A stretch of DNA of 24,307 bases, taken from positions 1 to 24,307 of the IMG/VR virus record IMGVR_UViG_3300014656_000971, one strand, 5' to 3'. Shown one piece after another: positions 10,087 to 19,154 of the stretch. A program made the translations under genes and the position numbers. Source of the stretch: a virus (Duplodnaviria > Caudoviricetes). Under the pieces are notes generated by a model that made no database searches, was not told the DNA's origin, and saw only the letters and a list, made by a program, of their open reading frames with translations. Numbering within the stretch: the first letter of the stretch is position 1; every line of letters begins with the position of its first letter.

Positions 10087-13000
10087 CTACAAAAGGCAGG
10101 CACCACCAGAACAACTTACTTCTTCTTCTGGTTTTGTGTTATCTTCTAGTTCTGTAAGCTGTGTATAATCCACATGTTGAAAGCTATCTTTTAAATCACA
10201 ATATAGCTTCCAATTATATACATCTTTCATACAGAATGTTAATTTCTTAAAATCATCATTAAAATATTTTTGAGCAAACTTATACGCCTTTTCGCAGAAA
10301 GTTGCTTGTTTGTGTAGTTTAGCAAAAGTAGATGAAACAATGGGGTATTTATCTATATCTATGGTTTTCAGTGTTTGTTTAACAAAGTCTTTATTTAAAA
10401 TAGCATCACAAGCTGCCCACAAATTGTTATCAAAAGCAGATAATCCCAACTCAATTAATCCAGAACACCATATAGCACCATCACCATATTGTCTAACTAT
10501 TTCATGACTCATATGAACAGCATATAGTGGAGCTTGTGGAAAATCTTTGTCTCCGCTTATAGGTATAAGTGTAATACCATTAAAATATTGCTGATTATCA
10601 AAAATATAATCAATTACACTTGACCACTCATCATCTTTAACAGTAATAGTATTGCTTACACTATGATTTAACCACTGTTTTACACATAAGGACTCATCCT
10701 TGCCATTGTTTACCCAGTATTCCTGAATGTCTTTCACAATTTCTAACATTTGTAACGCAGGAAGTTGATTTTTTGTTTTTGCTCCAACAGGAACCTCAAT
10801 AGGAAAGTGAATAATATCATCTGTATCATTACTATCCCATACGGATTTTTCACACGCTTGACTATTAAATTTACGAAACCATTGGTATGCTGTTTCTGTT
10901 CTGTTGGCTTGAACTCGTCTTAAATATCTAGTAGCATGATGTGGATGAACCCCCGCCGATACACCCAACACACAAGAAGTATTACCGTCTGGTTTTAAAC
11001 AAGTTGCTCTAGCGGCAGGATTAATACCAATCTTTTTTGCCATATTTTTATTTACGGTAAGAATATATTTAGCAACTTTCATTAGATATTCTTTATTTAA
11101 AACAATTTCATCGTTTTCCATGATGCCGGTGATAGATACACCCAATAAAGCTTCTCGTTCTGTAATTTTTTCTGAAGTACTACCTAAATAATCAAACTTA
11201 GTAAATCCTGCTTGTAATGTTCCAAGGATAGCTGCTGCTTTAGCCCTCTCTAAAAAATCATCTAACGATTCTATGTTTGAACCATTGATAGTACACAAGT
11301 TACATACTTGCCAACCACTTTTATTTGTTTCTATATCTATTGGATATAAAGAAACTTCACCACAATTAGCTACATTACACCCATTTGTCCAATATGTATG
11401 AGAATTATTATTCACTGTTAATGAAAAGGTTTCTTCATTAGATAGTAATGTATTATTGTAAATTAAATAAGTTTTCTTTCGATGTGATTGTTTGCGTGTT
11501 TGTTTAATAATATCTTCTAATTTTTGCTGTTTATATTGTTGAATAAAACCTATATATTTAGCAAAGATATCTCTATTACAAGTTATGTTTAAATCATAAC
11601 TTTGTTTACACTTATATTTTCCATTACTAAATTGTATATTTTTTGACTTATTGGTTGTATAATACGATCTAATACCTATAGCAGACAACATGTTTTGAAC
11701 ATTAAGTATTACTGTTAAAGATGATGCTTGAAGAGTAATTCTATTGCCACATATTCCACCGTTGGCAGAATATAATCCTCTTAAAAAACCGCAAACAGTA
11801 TTAAAGTTACCATATAAAAAACGTTTTGGTACAACCCTATCATAAGTTAATGGTAGTTCTTCGTATTTTATAGTGGTTTGAATTTCATAAGCTATGTTCT
11901 TTTTTAAACCCGGTCTATATTTTATAATAAATTCATTTATAGAATCGGCAAAATAATCTTGATCGTTTTTACCAATACATAAATAAACTAAATTATTAGA
12001 TGCTTTATGAACAGACCCGTCTCCAATTACCAAACCATCCATAACATCTTGTTGATTTATTGTAACATTTGCTAATAGCGGACCTTGTAGAACATCAATA
12101 GATTTTGCATCTTGTATGCTTGTTTTTTGACCATTAACAAGAACTTGATGATTATCTGTGCCATAAAAAACGTTAGCGGTTGTTTGATATTGATATACAT
12201 TATTATAACCGGTTGATATCTTATTGTTTACCGTAGTCCAACCTTCTTGACTCCAAATTTGATCTCCAACATTAATATCTTCGACGGTTGATATCCCCCT
12301 TGGTGTCAATACCGTTGCCCATTTTGGCTGACATGGATTAATTACAACTTCAACATCCTCTTCAAAAATAAATCCAGGTTCTCCATATTCTTTACAATTA
12401 TTTACAATATTAGTGAATGTTTGTTTATCGAATTGTCCTCTAAGCAATACCACAGAATTGTTTGCTCTTGCCCTTTGTGGATTTTCTTCTCTCCAACTAC
12501 CGGTTTTAGCTTTCATCATTTCTTCATCGTCTAATGAAAACATTGCTAAAAGGGCTGCTCGACGAAGCCCTCCTGATAACGTAGCATTAGACACATGGCA
12601 TACTATATCATAAGCATCAATTGGTCTTAATCTTTTTTGATCGTTTTTAATACACCTATTTAATAAAATTTTTATTTGATGTAGAGCATTTCGTAAGCCG
12701 TCTGATCCAGGAGCTTTACCAACACCAGAACTTAGTGAAGACCCTTTCGGACGAATATGAGTATAATCAAAGTCTATATTACAAGGTTCTACAAAATATG
12801 ACTTTAATAATTCTCCTAAAGCGTCTGCCCAATGTTCTATGCTATCTTCTATTATATAAGTACGTCTAGATAAATTATCCCGAGATTTAAATGTAGGTAA
12901 TTGTTTTACGTGATGGTTTTGAACACTAAATCCTACACCAGCCCCACACAAACTCATCCAAAAACATTCTTGAAAAAATCTTAATCTATTACAATGAGAA

Positions 13001-13272
13001 CCAGAACAATTAAAAACTCTTGCATTTTTAATTAATGCTGGTCGGCCACCATATTGTAAAATTCTTTGACTTCCCAACACCTTCTTTTTCTGCATCATAT
13101 CATATGCCCAATTAATATCATCATCAATATTTTTATCAGCATATTTTTCTAACATCATCTGTCGAACACGATCTACAGCTTCTACCCACGTCTCACGTCT
13201 TTGTTTTTGTTTGTTCCATCGGGCATATTTAGAAACAAAAGTATAGTTTTGCAACTCCTTTAACGCCGTCAT
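10087..13272 (-). CDS. nrdJ: class II (adenosylcobalamin-dependent) ribonucleotide reductase, RtpR/NrdJ type, intein-containing
   Basis: KYARW...RRETW, FNCS, GAGVGFS, GGLRRAA, NP[intein]CGE, QVCNL, TCLKPDGNTS, C-terminal CSGGAC redox cysteines; no small-subunit gene in the window. Confidence 0.92.
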   Translation of the reverse strand: MTALKELQNYTFVSKYARWNKQKQRRETWVEAVDRVRQMMLEKYADKNIDDDINWAYDMMQKKKVLGSQRILQYGGRPALIKNARVFNCSGSHCNRLRFFQECFWMSLCGAGVGFSVQNHHVKQLPTFKSRDNLSRRTYIIEDSIEHWADALGELLKSYFVEPCNIDFDYTHIRPKGSSLSSGVGKAPGSDGLRNALHQIKILLNRCIKNDQKRLRPIDAYDIVCHVSNATLSGGLRRAALLAMFSLDDEEMMKAKTGSWREENPQRARANNSVVLLRGQFDKQTFTNIVNNCKEYGEPGFIFEEDVEVVINPCQPKWATVLTPRGISTVEDINVGDQIWSQEGWTTVNNKISTGYNNVYQYQTTANVFYGTDNHQVLVNGQKTSIQDAKSIDVLQGPLLANVTINQQDVMDGLVIGDGSVHKASNNLVYLCIGKNDQDYFADSINEFIIKYRPGLKKNIAYEIQTTIKYEELPLTYDRVVPKRFLYGNFNTVCGFLRGLYSANGGICGNRITLQASSLTVILNVQNMLSAIGIRSYYTTNKSKNIQFSNGKYKCKQSYDLNITCNRDIFAKYIGFIQQYKQQKLEDIIKQTRKQSHRKKTYLIYNNTLLSNEETFSLTVNNNSHTYWTNGCNVANCGEVSLYPIDIETNKSGWQVCNLCTINGSNIESLDDFLERAKAAAILGTLQAGFTKFDYLGSTSEKITEREALLGVSITGIMENDEIVLNKEYLMKVAKYILTVNKNMAKKIGINPAARATCLKPDGNTSCVLGVSAGVHPHHATRYLRRVQANRTETAYQWFRKFNSQACEKSVWDSNDTDDIIHFPIEVPVGAKTKNQLPALQMLEIVKDIQEYWVNNGKDESLCVKQWLNHSVSNTITVKDDEWSSVIDYIFDNQQYFNGITLIPISGDKDFPQAPLYAVHMSHEIVRQYGDGAIWCSGLIELGLSAFDNNLWAACDAILNKDFVKQTLKTIDIDKYPIVSSTFAKLHKQATFCEKAYKFAQKYFNDDFKKLTFCMKDVYNWKLYCDLKDSFQHVDYTQLTELEDNTKPEEEVSCSGGACLL
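11365..12333 (-). mobile_element. intein (323 aa) with LAGLIDADG homing endonuclease inside nrdJ
   Basis: Splits NP|CGE: starts CQPKWATV, ends YWTNGCNVAN followed by +1 Cys; block B TDNH; LAGLIDADG-like helices MDGLVIGDGS and FLRGLYSANG. Confidence 0.92.
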
Positions 13273-13520
13273 TATGATTTACCATATAAGTTAGTAAGTA
13301 TCTGATTTGTTTCTTTGGCGGTAGGTAATTTTCTTGTTGTTTTTCGTTTTGGTTTTCCCTGGTGACGCATCCAGAATTTCCATATATCTTCAGCAGAATC
13401 AGATACACAAGACTTCCTTTTTTTAGTGGGGTTTCCCATAGCGTCTTTGACTACTATATCTAATTCAAACAATGGAGAAAAATCTGAAGTAAAACCTGAA
13501 GTAAAATCTACATTTGGCAT
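13272..13520 (-). CDS. hypothetical protein translationally coupled to nrdJ
   Basis: Start re-called to ATG 13520 (MPNVDF), which has an AAGGA SD; the GTG start at 13595 would run through a terminator hairpin; TAATG overlap with nrdJ. Confidence 0.7.
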   Translation of the reverse strand: MPNVDFTSGFTSDFSPLFELDIVVKDAMGNPTKKRKSCVSDSAEDIWKFWMRHQGKPKRKTTRKLPTAKETNQILTNLYGKS

Positions 13521-13538
13521 TTTTATTAGTTCCTTGAT

Positions 13539-13571
13539 AGAAAAAGACCCTCTGATTGAAAATAGAGGGTC
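13539..13571 (-). terminator. intrinsic terminator
   Basis: GACCCTCT-N10-AGAGGGTC 8-bp stem followed by TTTTTCT. Confidence 0.7.
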
Positions 13572-13692
13572 GGAATGTTCTTTAAAAAGTGACACTATGA
13601 CTATTAAGTTTTTTAAATTAGTAATTGTTTATTACCGTAGGGGGTTAGTGTCACTTAACTTCAAATTATTGAGGTTGCTTTATATTCCCCTT
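13539..13692 (-). ncRNA. candidate structured ncRNA or cis-regulatory leader of the nrdJ operon
   Basis: Lies between promoter motif 13696-13705 and the terminator; perfect 11-bp inverted repeat AAGTGACACTA/TAGTGTCACTT plus two small hairpins. Confidence 0.5.
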
Positions 13693-13695
13693 CTA

Positions 13696-13705
13696 ATTAT
13701 ACGCA
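13696..13705 (-). promoter_or_regulatory. putative phage promoter, GNGTATAAT class
   Basis: TGCGTATAAT overlapping the dCMP deaminase stop codon. Confidence 0.5.
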
Positions 13706-14236
13706 TTTCTTCGTTTTTATAGCACGAATTTTTAATTTATCTTCAGTCAATTCTTGTAAAATTTCCATTTGTATTTTAGTGTCCTTGTCTTGTAACATAT
13801 GAGATTGAGTATCACCATAAATAATTTCTACAATACCAGCTTGCCATAAACATTGATAACAATGAAGACAGGGTTCACCAGTAATATATATTTTTGTATT
13901 AAGAGTAGGTTTACCCTGTCTCGCACAAGAAAGCAATAAGTTGATTTCGGAGTGAATAAAAAATGGATATTTAGAATTTCTTAAATTAGGTAATATATTA
14001 TCTTCTATATTTCTAATTGTTCCGTTATAACCAGTAGCAATTATTTCATTGGTTTGAGACACTAATACAGAACCGTGTTTAGTTTGTCCATCTGGACTAC
14101 GCTTTGCTACTTCATAAGCAATATTTAGAAAGTAAGTATCCCAATCTGGTCTATTATCATAAACACTTTTATCATACTGAGAAAGTTTCCATCTTTTAAT
14201 TAAGTCTTTGGCTGGTTTAGATAGATTTTTCAACAT
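13697..14236 (-). CDS. dCMP deaminase (ComEB/DCTD family)
   Basis: RPDWDTYF, IIATGYNG, IHSEIN, PCLHC zinc-binding motifs; start re-called to ATG 14236 (TAATG coupling). Confidence 0.9.
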   Translation of the reverse strand: MLKNLSKPAKDLIKRWKLSQYDKSVYDNRPDWDTYFLNIAYEVAKRSPDGQTKHGSVLVSQTNEIIATGYNGTIRNIEDNILPNLRNSKYPFFIHSEINLLLSCARQGKPTLNTKIYITGEPCLHCYQCLWQAGIVEIIYGDTQSHMLQDKDTKIQMEILQELTEDKLKIRAIKTKKCV

Positions 14237-14637
14237 TAAGGTTTGAATCCAGTTTTGAATATCCACCCAAACGTTCTAACAAAATAGAAAACTACAATAC
14301 GCTTCCATAATGGTACATCTAATTGATACATAGCTTCCCTAAGCATTGCATCTGCTAAGAATCTAGAACAATTAGGTAATCCATATAGATAATCGTGTAA
14401 GACAGCCGCTTTGGAATAGCGTCCGGTCGGAGGAAGAATTGGCCAAAATATTCTAGGAATAGAAGCAAAATCTGTTTCAAATCCTTGTGGAATTTCTATC
14501 TCTAAACCACCACCATTAATTTGGTATGTAAATTTTAATGGTCTTAATAGTATATATACGGGTCTTCCTTTTACAATTTTGCCCGTATCTTGAATAATTA
14601 ATGCTTCATCTTTAAATCCACATATGTTTTTATTCAT
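14236..14637 (-). CDS. DUF1353 family protein
   Basis: IPQGFETDFASIPR, AAVLHDYLY, ADAMLREAM, VRTFGW signature. Confidence 0.85.
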   Translation of the reverse strand: MNKNICGFKDEALIIQDTGKIVKGRPVYILLRPLKFTYQINGGGLEIEIPQGFETDFASIPRIFWPILPPTGRYSKAAVLHDYLYGLPNCSRFLADAMLREAMYQLDVPLWKRIVVFYFVRTFGWIFKTGFKP

Positions 14638-14642
14638 AAGTA

Positions 14643-15017
14643 TTATGTTATTAAAATTAAAAGAGATATTACTACAGACAATACGGTTGATATTAAACTA
14701 GCAATAAATATTAATGCTCCTCCATATCCCGCTATCTTTGCTTGCCATTGTTTCATCTCTGATATATCGTTTATATTTGTTTCAATTTTATCTAATAACA
14801 CTTTATTTCTAAGGTCTAGTTCATTTTTTTTAACAAAGAGTGTTCTATCTGTAAATACCCTATCGTGTAAATTGTTTAAACTCGAAAGTCTTCGTTCTAT
14901 TTCTTCTCGATGTATAGTTGCTTCACGCAGGGTTGCATTTAAAGTAGCTGTTTGAGCTTTTTCTCGTTCATCTAACATACGTTCAATATATTCTTTTAGT
15001 TCTATAGTAGGAGTCAT
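14643..15017 (-). CDS. coiled-coil protein with C-terminal transmembrane segment (possibly holin/XhlA-like)
   Basis: Charged helical N-terminal region and hydrophobic tail GALIFIASLISTVLSVVISLLILIT. Confidence 0.6.
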   Translation of the reverse strand: MTPTIELKEYIERMLDEREKAQTATLNATLREATIHREEIERRLSSLNNLHDRVFTDRTLFVKKNELDLRNKVLLDKIETNINDISEMKQWQAKIAGYGGALIFIASLISTVLSVVISLLILIT

Positions 15018-15056
15018 ATGGTGCTTCTTTTGAAATAGTTATATAAAATGTATAAT

Positions 15057-15081
15057 AAAAATTGTGGGGCCGAAGCCCCAC
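15057..15081 (-). terminator. intrinsic terminator with UUCG tetraloop
   Basis: GTGGGGC-TTCG-GCCCCAC then AATTTTT, just after the 244-aa gene. Confidence 0.85.
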
Positions 15082-15094
15082 CGTTTTAAACAAA

Positions 15095-15829
15095 CTACAT
15101 CGTTGTTCTGACTTGATAATCTGCCAGTGTAGGAATCAAGATGGTACTTGCATTTCCACCAATGAATACTAATTCTCCAGGAATAGATCCAGTAGGAAGT
15201 ACTGCTTGGTCAGCCGTTGCAGCAACATCCTGATCACCAGCAGCACTACCACCTACAGTACCCAAACCATCAGTACTTGAGGTTGGAGCTTGTGGTTGCA
15301 GATAGGGAACGCCTCCCGCACCAGTTTGTTCAACAAAAAAGATACCACTAATTGCGTGCCAATATCCAGCACGAATAGCAGTTGCGGTTAACGGGCCTCT
15401 TACACGTTGTCGTGCGTTAATACTTCTACGAACGGTATATGCTGGTAGTCCACCAGATCGTAAGTTCGTATCAGCAGTTCCAGCTATATACTGAGTATTA
15501 GCTCCACCACGAACCATAATATATTGTCCAGCAACCATACTAGCAAAAGTACGGGCTGCAATAGCGGTTGTGCCTTGTCCAGAACCCCAAAACCCACCAG
15601 CACCACCTGATAAATTGGCGTTTAATTTTGAACCATATAGATTTTCTTGAGACCGTGAAATTCTAGATGCATCCAAATTAGCTGGAGAACGACTGGAAGT
15701 ACCAGGCATTGTTGTGGCACCACCGTCTACTTTTGGTTGTGTAGTTGCGGCAGTAGCACTACCATTGGTATCAAAATAATCATTACCGTGGGCAGGGTTG
15801 ACAATCCTATAACTATTAAAATCACTCAT
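15095..15829 (-). CDS. Gly/Ala/Thr-rich protein, probable virion structural protein
   Basis: Rich in small residues, poor in Lys, visibly more GC-rich than neighbours; has its own promoter motif and a strong terminator. Confidence 0.55.
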   Translation of the reverse strand: MSDFNSYRIVNPAHGNDYFDTNGSATAATTQPKVDGGATTMPGTSSRSPANLDASRISRSQENLYGSKLNANLSGGAGGFWGSGQGTTAIAARTFASMVAGQYIMVRGGANTQYIAGTADTNLRSGGLPAYTVRRSINARQRVRGPLTATAIRAGYWHAISGIFFVEQTGAGGVPYLQPQAPTSSTDGLGTVGGSAAGDQDVAATADQAVLPTGSIPGELVFIGGNASTILIPTLADYQVRTTM

Positions 15830-15900
15830 TTTTACTACCTTTCATTAGTAGCAAAATATGTCCTTTTTCTCCTTTAATAAGTATCCTAATCCTATTATAT

Positions 15901-15910
15901 ATTATACACT
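15901..15910 (-). promoter_or_regulatory. putative phage promoter, GNGTATAAT class
   Basis: AGTGTATAAT in the intergenic region upstream of the 244-aa gene. Confidence 0.6.
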
Positions 15911-15920
15911 ATTTATCAAC

Positions 15921-16310
15921 TTATTCTACAGAAATAACCAACCCTTTTTCTTTCATATCTTCCCAACTATCATCCATTATATGTTTGTAAATTTTAGCAT
16001 ACCAAACACCCCAGGTTTCTCCATGCTCTTTTTTAGGTCCATCATCATACCAGTGTGCCTCCCACTCCATAGCATGTGCCCACTCATGAAACAAACTATC
16101 TCGGCGAACTAACCAAGAGGTTTTATTGTTTATTTTTATAACAATTTCAATCAAACGACCTAGTTTAATAACACCTTTACACATTGCCAAAGAACTATCA
16201 TCTAACGGGACCGTTTTAACATATACAGGAACGCCCGGAGAAAATTTTGTTTTAAGCTGGTTAATAATATAATACCAGCACCGCTTGTGTCTTTTATTAA
16301 GCGTCCCCAT
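15921..16310 (-). CDS. HExxH zincin-like metallopeptidase domain protein (SprT-like)
   Basis: DSLFHEWAHA followed by HGETWG. Confidence 0.7.
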   Translation of the reverse strand: MGTLNKRHKRCWYYIINQLKTKFSPGVPVYVKTVPLDDSSLAMCKGVIKLGRLIEIVIKINNKTSWLVRRDSLFHEWAHAMEWEAHWYDDGPKKEHGETWGVWYAKIYKHIMDDSWEDMKEKGLVISVE

Positions 16311-16776
16311 TTTTGACCGTTTCTAAAACATGTTTGTATAATTGTTGTTGAATTTTATAGCGTACTTCAGCAGAGTTAAATGCTTTTCCTATGCCTATTC
16401 TCATACGATATCCTGTATAAATATCTAATGTTTCAACCCCATCCGTTCTGTCTATTTTTTTTCTAATAGCGTCGGTGATACGAAAATTTGTATGGCATAC
16501 CCAAAAATTAAATACCTTACTTGGGTTCGTATATTCGGTTAACGGTACAATTCCCATTGGTGTGGCAATTATTTTAATTGGTTCTTTTGAATATAAATTA
16601 TCATTTTCTGCTAAATTCATCCCCAGTTCCAATAAATCATATTCATCATCTTTATCAAAAGATTTCTCTTTTTGGTCTCTATCGTTCCAGTGGGGAAATT
16701 CTATATCATCTACATTGCTACCATATGGACATGCCCATTTTTCCCATATAAGTTTAGGTTTAAGCATATTCGTCAC
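16297..16776 (-). CDS. hypothetical protein
   Basis: 159-aa ORF overlapping both neighbours. Confidence 0.7.
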   Translation of the reverse strand: MTNMLKPKLIWEKWACPYGSNVDDIEFPHWNDRDQKEKSFDKDDEYDLLELGMNLAENDNLYSKEPIKIIATPMGIVPLTEYTNPSKVFNFWVCHTNFRITDAIRKKIDRTDGVETLDIYTGYRMRIGIGKAFNSAEVRYKIQQQLYKHVLETVKNGDA

Positions 16777-17191
16777 CCATTTTAATATTAGTAATTTTAA
16801 GTGCTTTTGAAGGTGGTATTAAAGGTATATTATTTGCTTGTCTAATTAACGGTTTAGTAATAGCATCGGCAAAGTCTTTTCTAATAATCTCATGTGTGGC
16901 ATAATTTTGTATTTGAGACACTATAGATTTCGTTACATCTCCAGATAATACATGTTTTAGAACATTGCGACTTAATTCAATCATATCATCTGATTGGTTT
17001 TCCCACGACATTACAATTTGTAGATTTCCATCCGTCTTAATAAAAAACGATAATCCAAATAATGTAGATACTAATTGTGAAGAAACTTCACTTTCTTGTA
17101 AATTATGTATGTTAGAATCATCCATTATGTCAATTTGTTCTTTTAAGTCGTCTTCAGAAGGAATGCCTAGCAGTCTATTTATTAATGCCAT
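16760..17191 (-). CDS. hypothetical protein
   Basis: 143-aa ORF overlapping both neighbours. Confidence 0.7.
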   Translation of the reverse strand: MALINRLLGIPSEDDLKEQIDIMDDSNIHNLQESEVSSQLVSTLFGLSFFIKTDGNLQIVMSWENQSDDMIELSRNVLKHVLSGDVTKSIVSQIQNYATHEIIRKDFADAITKPLIRQANNIPLIPPSKALKITNIKMGDEYA

Positions 17192-17741
17192 TATATATTT
17201 GTAATTGTTTGATGCCCTTGGTGATAATTTTTCTTATACCCTCGCTGGTCATATGATATGTATTGCCCAGTTCCTTTAGTGTATAGTTATATAAATAATA
17301 TAATTTTATTATTTCTAAATCTCTATCTTTAATAAGGTTTTTATTTATAATATTGTCTAATATATCATTTAAAAATGTTGCAGCAAAAGAAAAGTGTCCC
17401 TCTTTATCCCCGGTTGTGTTTAAGGAGACTGTTTGTATTTGCACTCTTTTTCGTCGTAGGTATTTTTGAAGTGCCCACATAATACTTTGATTTCTATAAG
17501 ATTTTCTGCTGCGTAATTTATTTTGAGTCCATGCCCAATCAGCCCATATTACACTAGTGACTATATTAGAAAAAGCGTCCTCGTTGTTGATAATTTCTAA
17601 TGGATTTATTTTGTATTTAGGTGCAAAATAATTGATGGCACCTTTTGTAATTTTAAAATATTCTTGTAATGATAAAAAGTGTTCGGTATTATAGTGTATA
17701 TTTGGACTCTTTTTACTTTCAATTGCTACTAAATCTATCAT
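17175..17741 (-). CDS. sigma-factor-like protein (sigma-70 region 4 HTH, degenerate region 2)
   Basis: C-terminal RDLEIIKLYY...TLKELGNTYHMTSEGIRKII; RKSYRNQSIMWALQKYLR resembles region 2; start re-called to ATG 17741. Confidence 0.7.
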   Translation of the reverse strand: MIDLVAIESKKSPNIHYNTEHFLSLQEYFKITKGAINYFAPKYKINPLEIINNEDAFSNIVTSVIWADWAWTQNKLRSRKSYRNQSIMWALQKYLRRKRVQIQTVSLNTTGDKEGHFSFAATFLNDILDNIINKNLIKDRDLEIIKLYYLYNYTLKELGNTYHMTSEGIRKIITKGIKQLQIYNGINK

Positions 17742-17744
17742 ATA

Positions 17745-17754
17745 ATTATACACA
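17745..17754 (-). promoter_or_regulatory. putative phage promoter, GNGTATAAT class
   Basis: TGTGTATAAT 3 nt upstream of the sigma-like ATG. Confidence 0.55.
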
Positions 17755-17767
17755 TATTTAAAGTGTC

Positions 17768-18904
17768 CTATTCATAATTTCTCAATTTGCCTATTGGAAA
17801 ACGCGGCACCGGATTTTCTGATGAAGTCCAAGCGAAAAATTTAACAGTCAATAAATCTCCAGGTTTAATGCAACCACTCTGCCAATCTTTATATAATTGT
17901 CTACGGTATTCTTCTGACCCTTCTGGCATACATTTAAAAGTCGCTCCTTTTTGAGTTTGACAAACAAAACTACACATGCCTATCATTTTACCCTTACATT
18001 CTTCTACTCCCACAATGGGGAACTCCATATCTATAAACCTTTTCACTTTTTGTAGATTAAATGACCTTTTATTTATTTCATATGGACCCAACATATTTCT
18101 TAATATAGCACCTTCATAACCATCTTTTGTAAATATAGTATGTTTTTCCCATATTTCTGATGGATTGTTACATACACAAACAGCGACAAGAGGAATATCT
18201 GTTTTTACAATTCCATAAACGGTTGGTATAGCTATAAGATGTTTTGGTAATAAGTACTGACTTAACCATTCAAATCTATCTTTATAGTCCTCATTACTTA
18301 TCATATCATACACATGATATTCTATATCTTTTGAGCGTTTTGATGGAGTGTCGCGTTTGATGGCGGAAATAATATTTTGAAAGTCTTCACCGTGTATATA
18401 TAATTCTCCATCTAATATTTGTCCGGGTTTTAACCACATTAGTTGTTGTTCTATATGTGGAATACTAGTAAATCTTTTACCTTGTCGTGATAATAACTCT
18501 ACACCATCTTTTGTTCTTTTAGCTAAACACCTCAGACCATCTAGTTTTGGTTGTATAAAACAAGGAAATTTGATATGATGACTATCTTTATCATATGACT
18601 TTGCTAACATTGGTCTTAATGGTTTGGCATTTGGAATATTTTCAGAATATCCTTTTCTATCTTTTTGTTTTGTCCATAATGAGTCTGCTTCTAAACAACA
18701 TTGTTTATAAACACCTGTTTCATTAGCACGGCCAATATTTTTTCCAGTAGCAATTATAGTAGATGTTTCTTGTAATTTTCCATCTAATTGTCCATGTTCA
18801 ACAATATATTGATAGGATGGTAGGTCGTATTCTTCAACTCTAATAGACCACTGTTGAATGGCACCAGTCGCAATCATTTTATACAAAGTTGGCCAAGTTT
18901 CCAT
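17768..18904 (-). CDS. ATP-dependent DNA ligase
   Basis: PMLA, motif I QPKLDGLR, LDGELY, YHVYD, GYEGAILR, LQKVK, PRFP. Confidence 0.93.
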   Translation of the reverse strand: METWPTLYKMIATGAIQQWSIRVEEYDLPSYQYIVEHGQLDGKLQETSTIIATGKNIGRANETGVYKQCCLEADSLWTKQKDRKGYSENIPNAKPLRPMLAKSYDKDSHHIKFPCFIQPKLDGLRCLAKRTKDGVELLSRQGKRFTSIPHIEQQLMWLKPGQILDGELYIHGEDFQNIISAIKRDTPSKRSKDIEYHVYDMISNEDYKDRFEWLSQYLLPKHLIAIPTVYGIVKTDIPLVAVCVCNNPSEIWEKHTIFTKDGYEGAILRNMLGPYEINKRSFNLQKVKRFIDMEFPIVGVEECKGKMIGMCSFVCQTQKGATFKCMPEGSEEYRRQLYKDWQSGCIKPGDLLTVKFFAWTSSENPVPRFPIGKLRNYE

Positions 18905-18909
18905 TTAAA

Positions 18910-19089
18910 TTAATCCTTGGTAACACTAGCTGGCTTATCGCTTAGGGTAACTTCAATTTCTTCACACCTAAATATACTTTCACTGTTTTTGTGTTTTTTG
19001 ATTGCTTCGCTTTCACTATTGGCTTCTACTTCGTATTCTTGAGTTCCCTCGGCATCTATAATATCGTAAACTAATATATATTTTGGCAT
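18910..19089 (-). CDS. small hypothetical protein (59 aa)
   Basis: Below the ORF-track cut-off: MPKYILVYDIIDAEGTQEYEVEANSESEAIKKHK...; AAGGA SD; EVEAxSExEA pattern typical of small phage proteins. Confidence 0.7.
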   Translation of the reverse strand: MPKYILVYDIIDAEGTQEYEVEANSESEAIKKHKNSESIFRCEEIEVTLSDKPASVTKD

Positions 19090-19154
19090 TATCTTTTTTC
19101 CTTTTCAATTTCTAAAGCTTCTTTTATTTGTTCTTTAATAAAGATTGTTATCTC

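Noticed and set aside
13620-13695. Canonical cobalamin riboswitch or NrdR box upstream of nrdJ
   Set aside because: Only fragmentary resemblance; no T-loop arm, B12 box or 16-bp NrdR palindrome. Kept only as an unassigned structured RNA.
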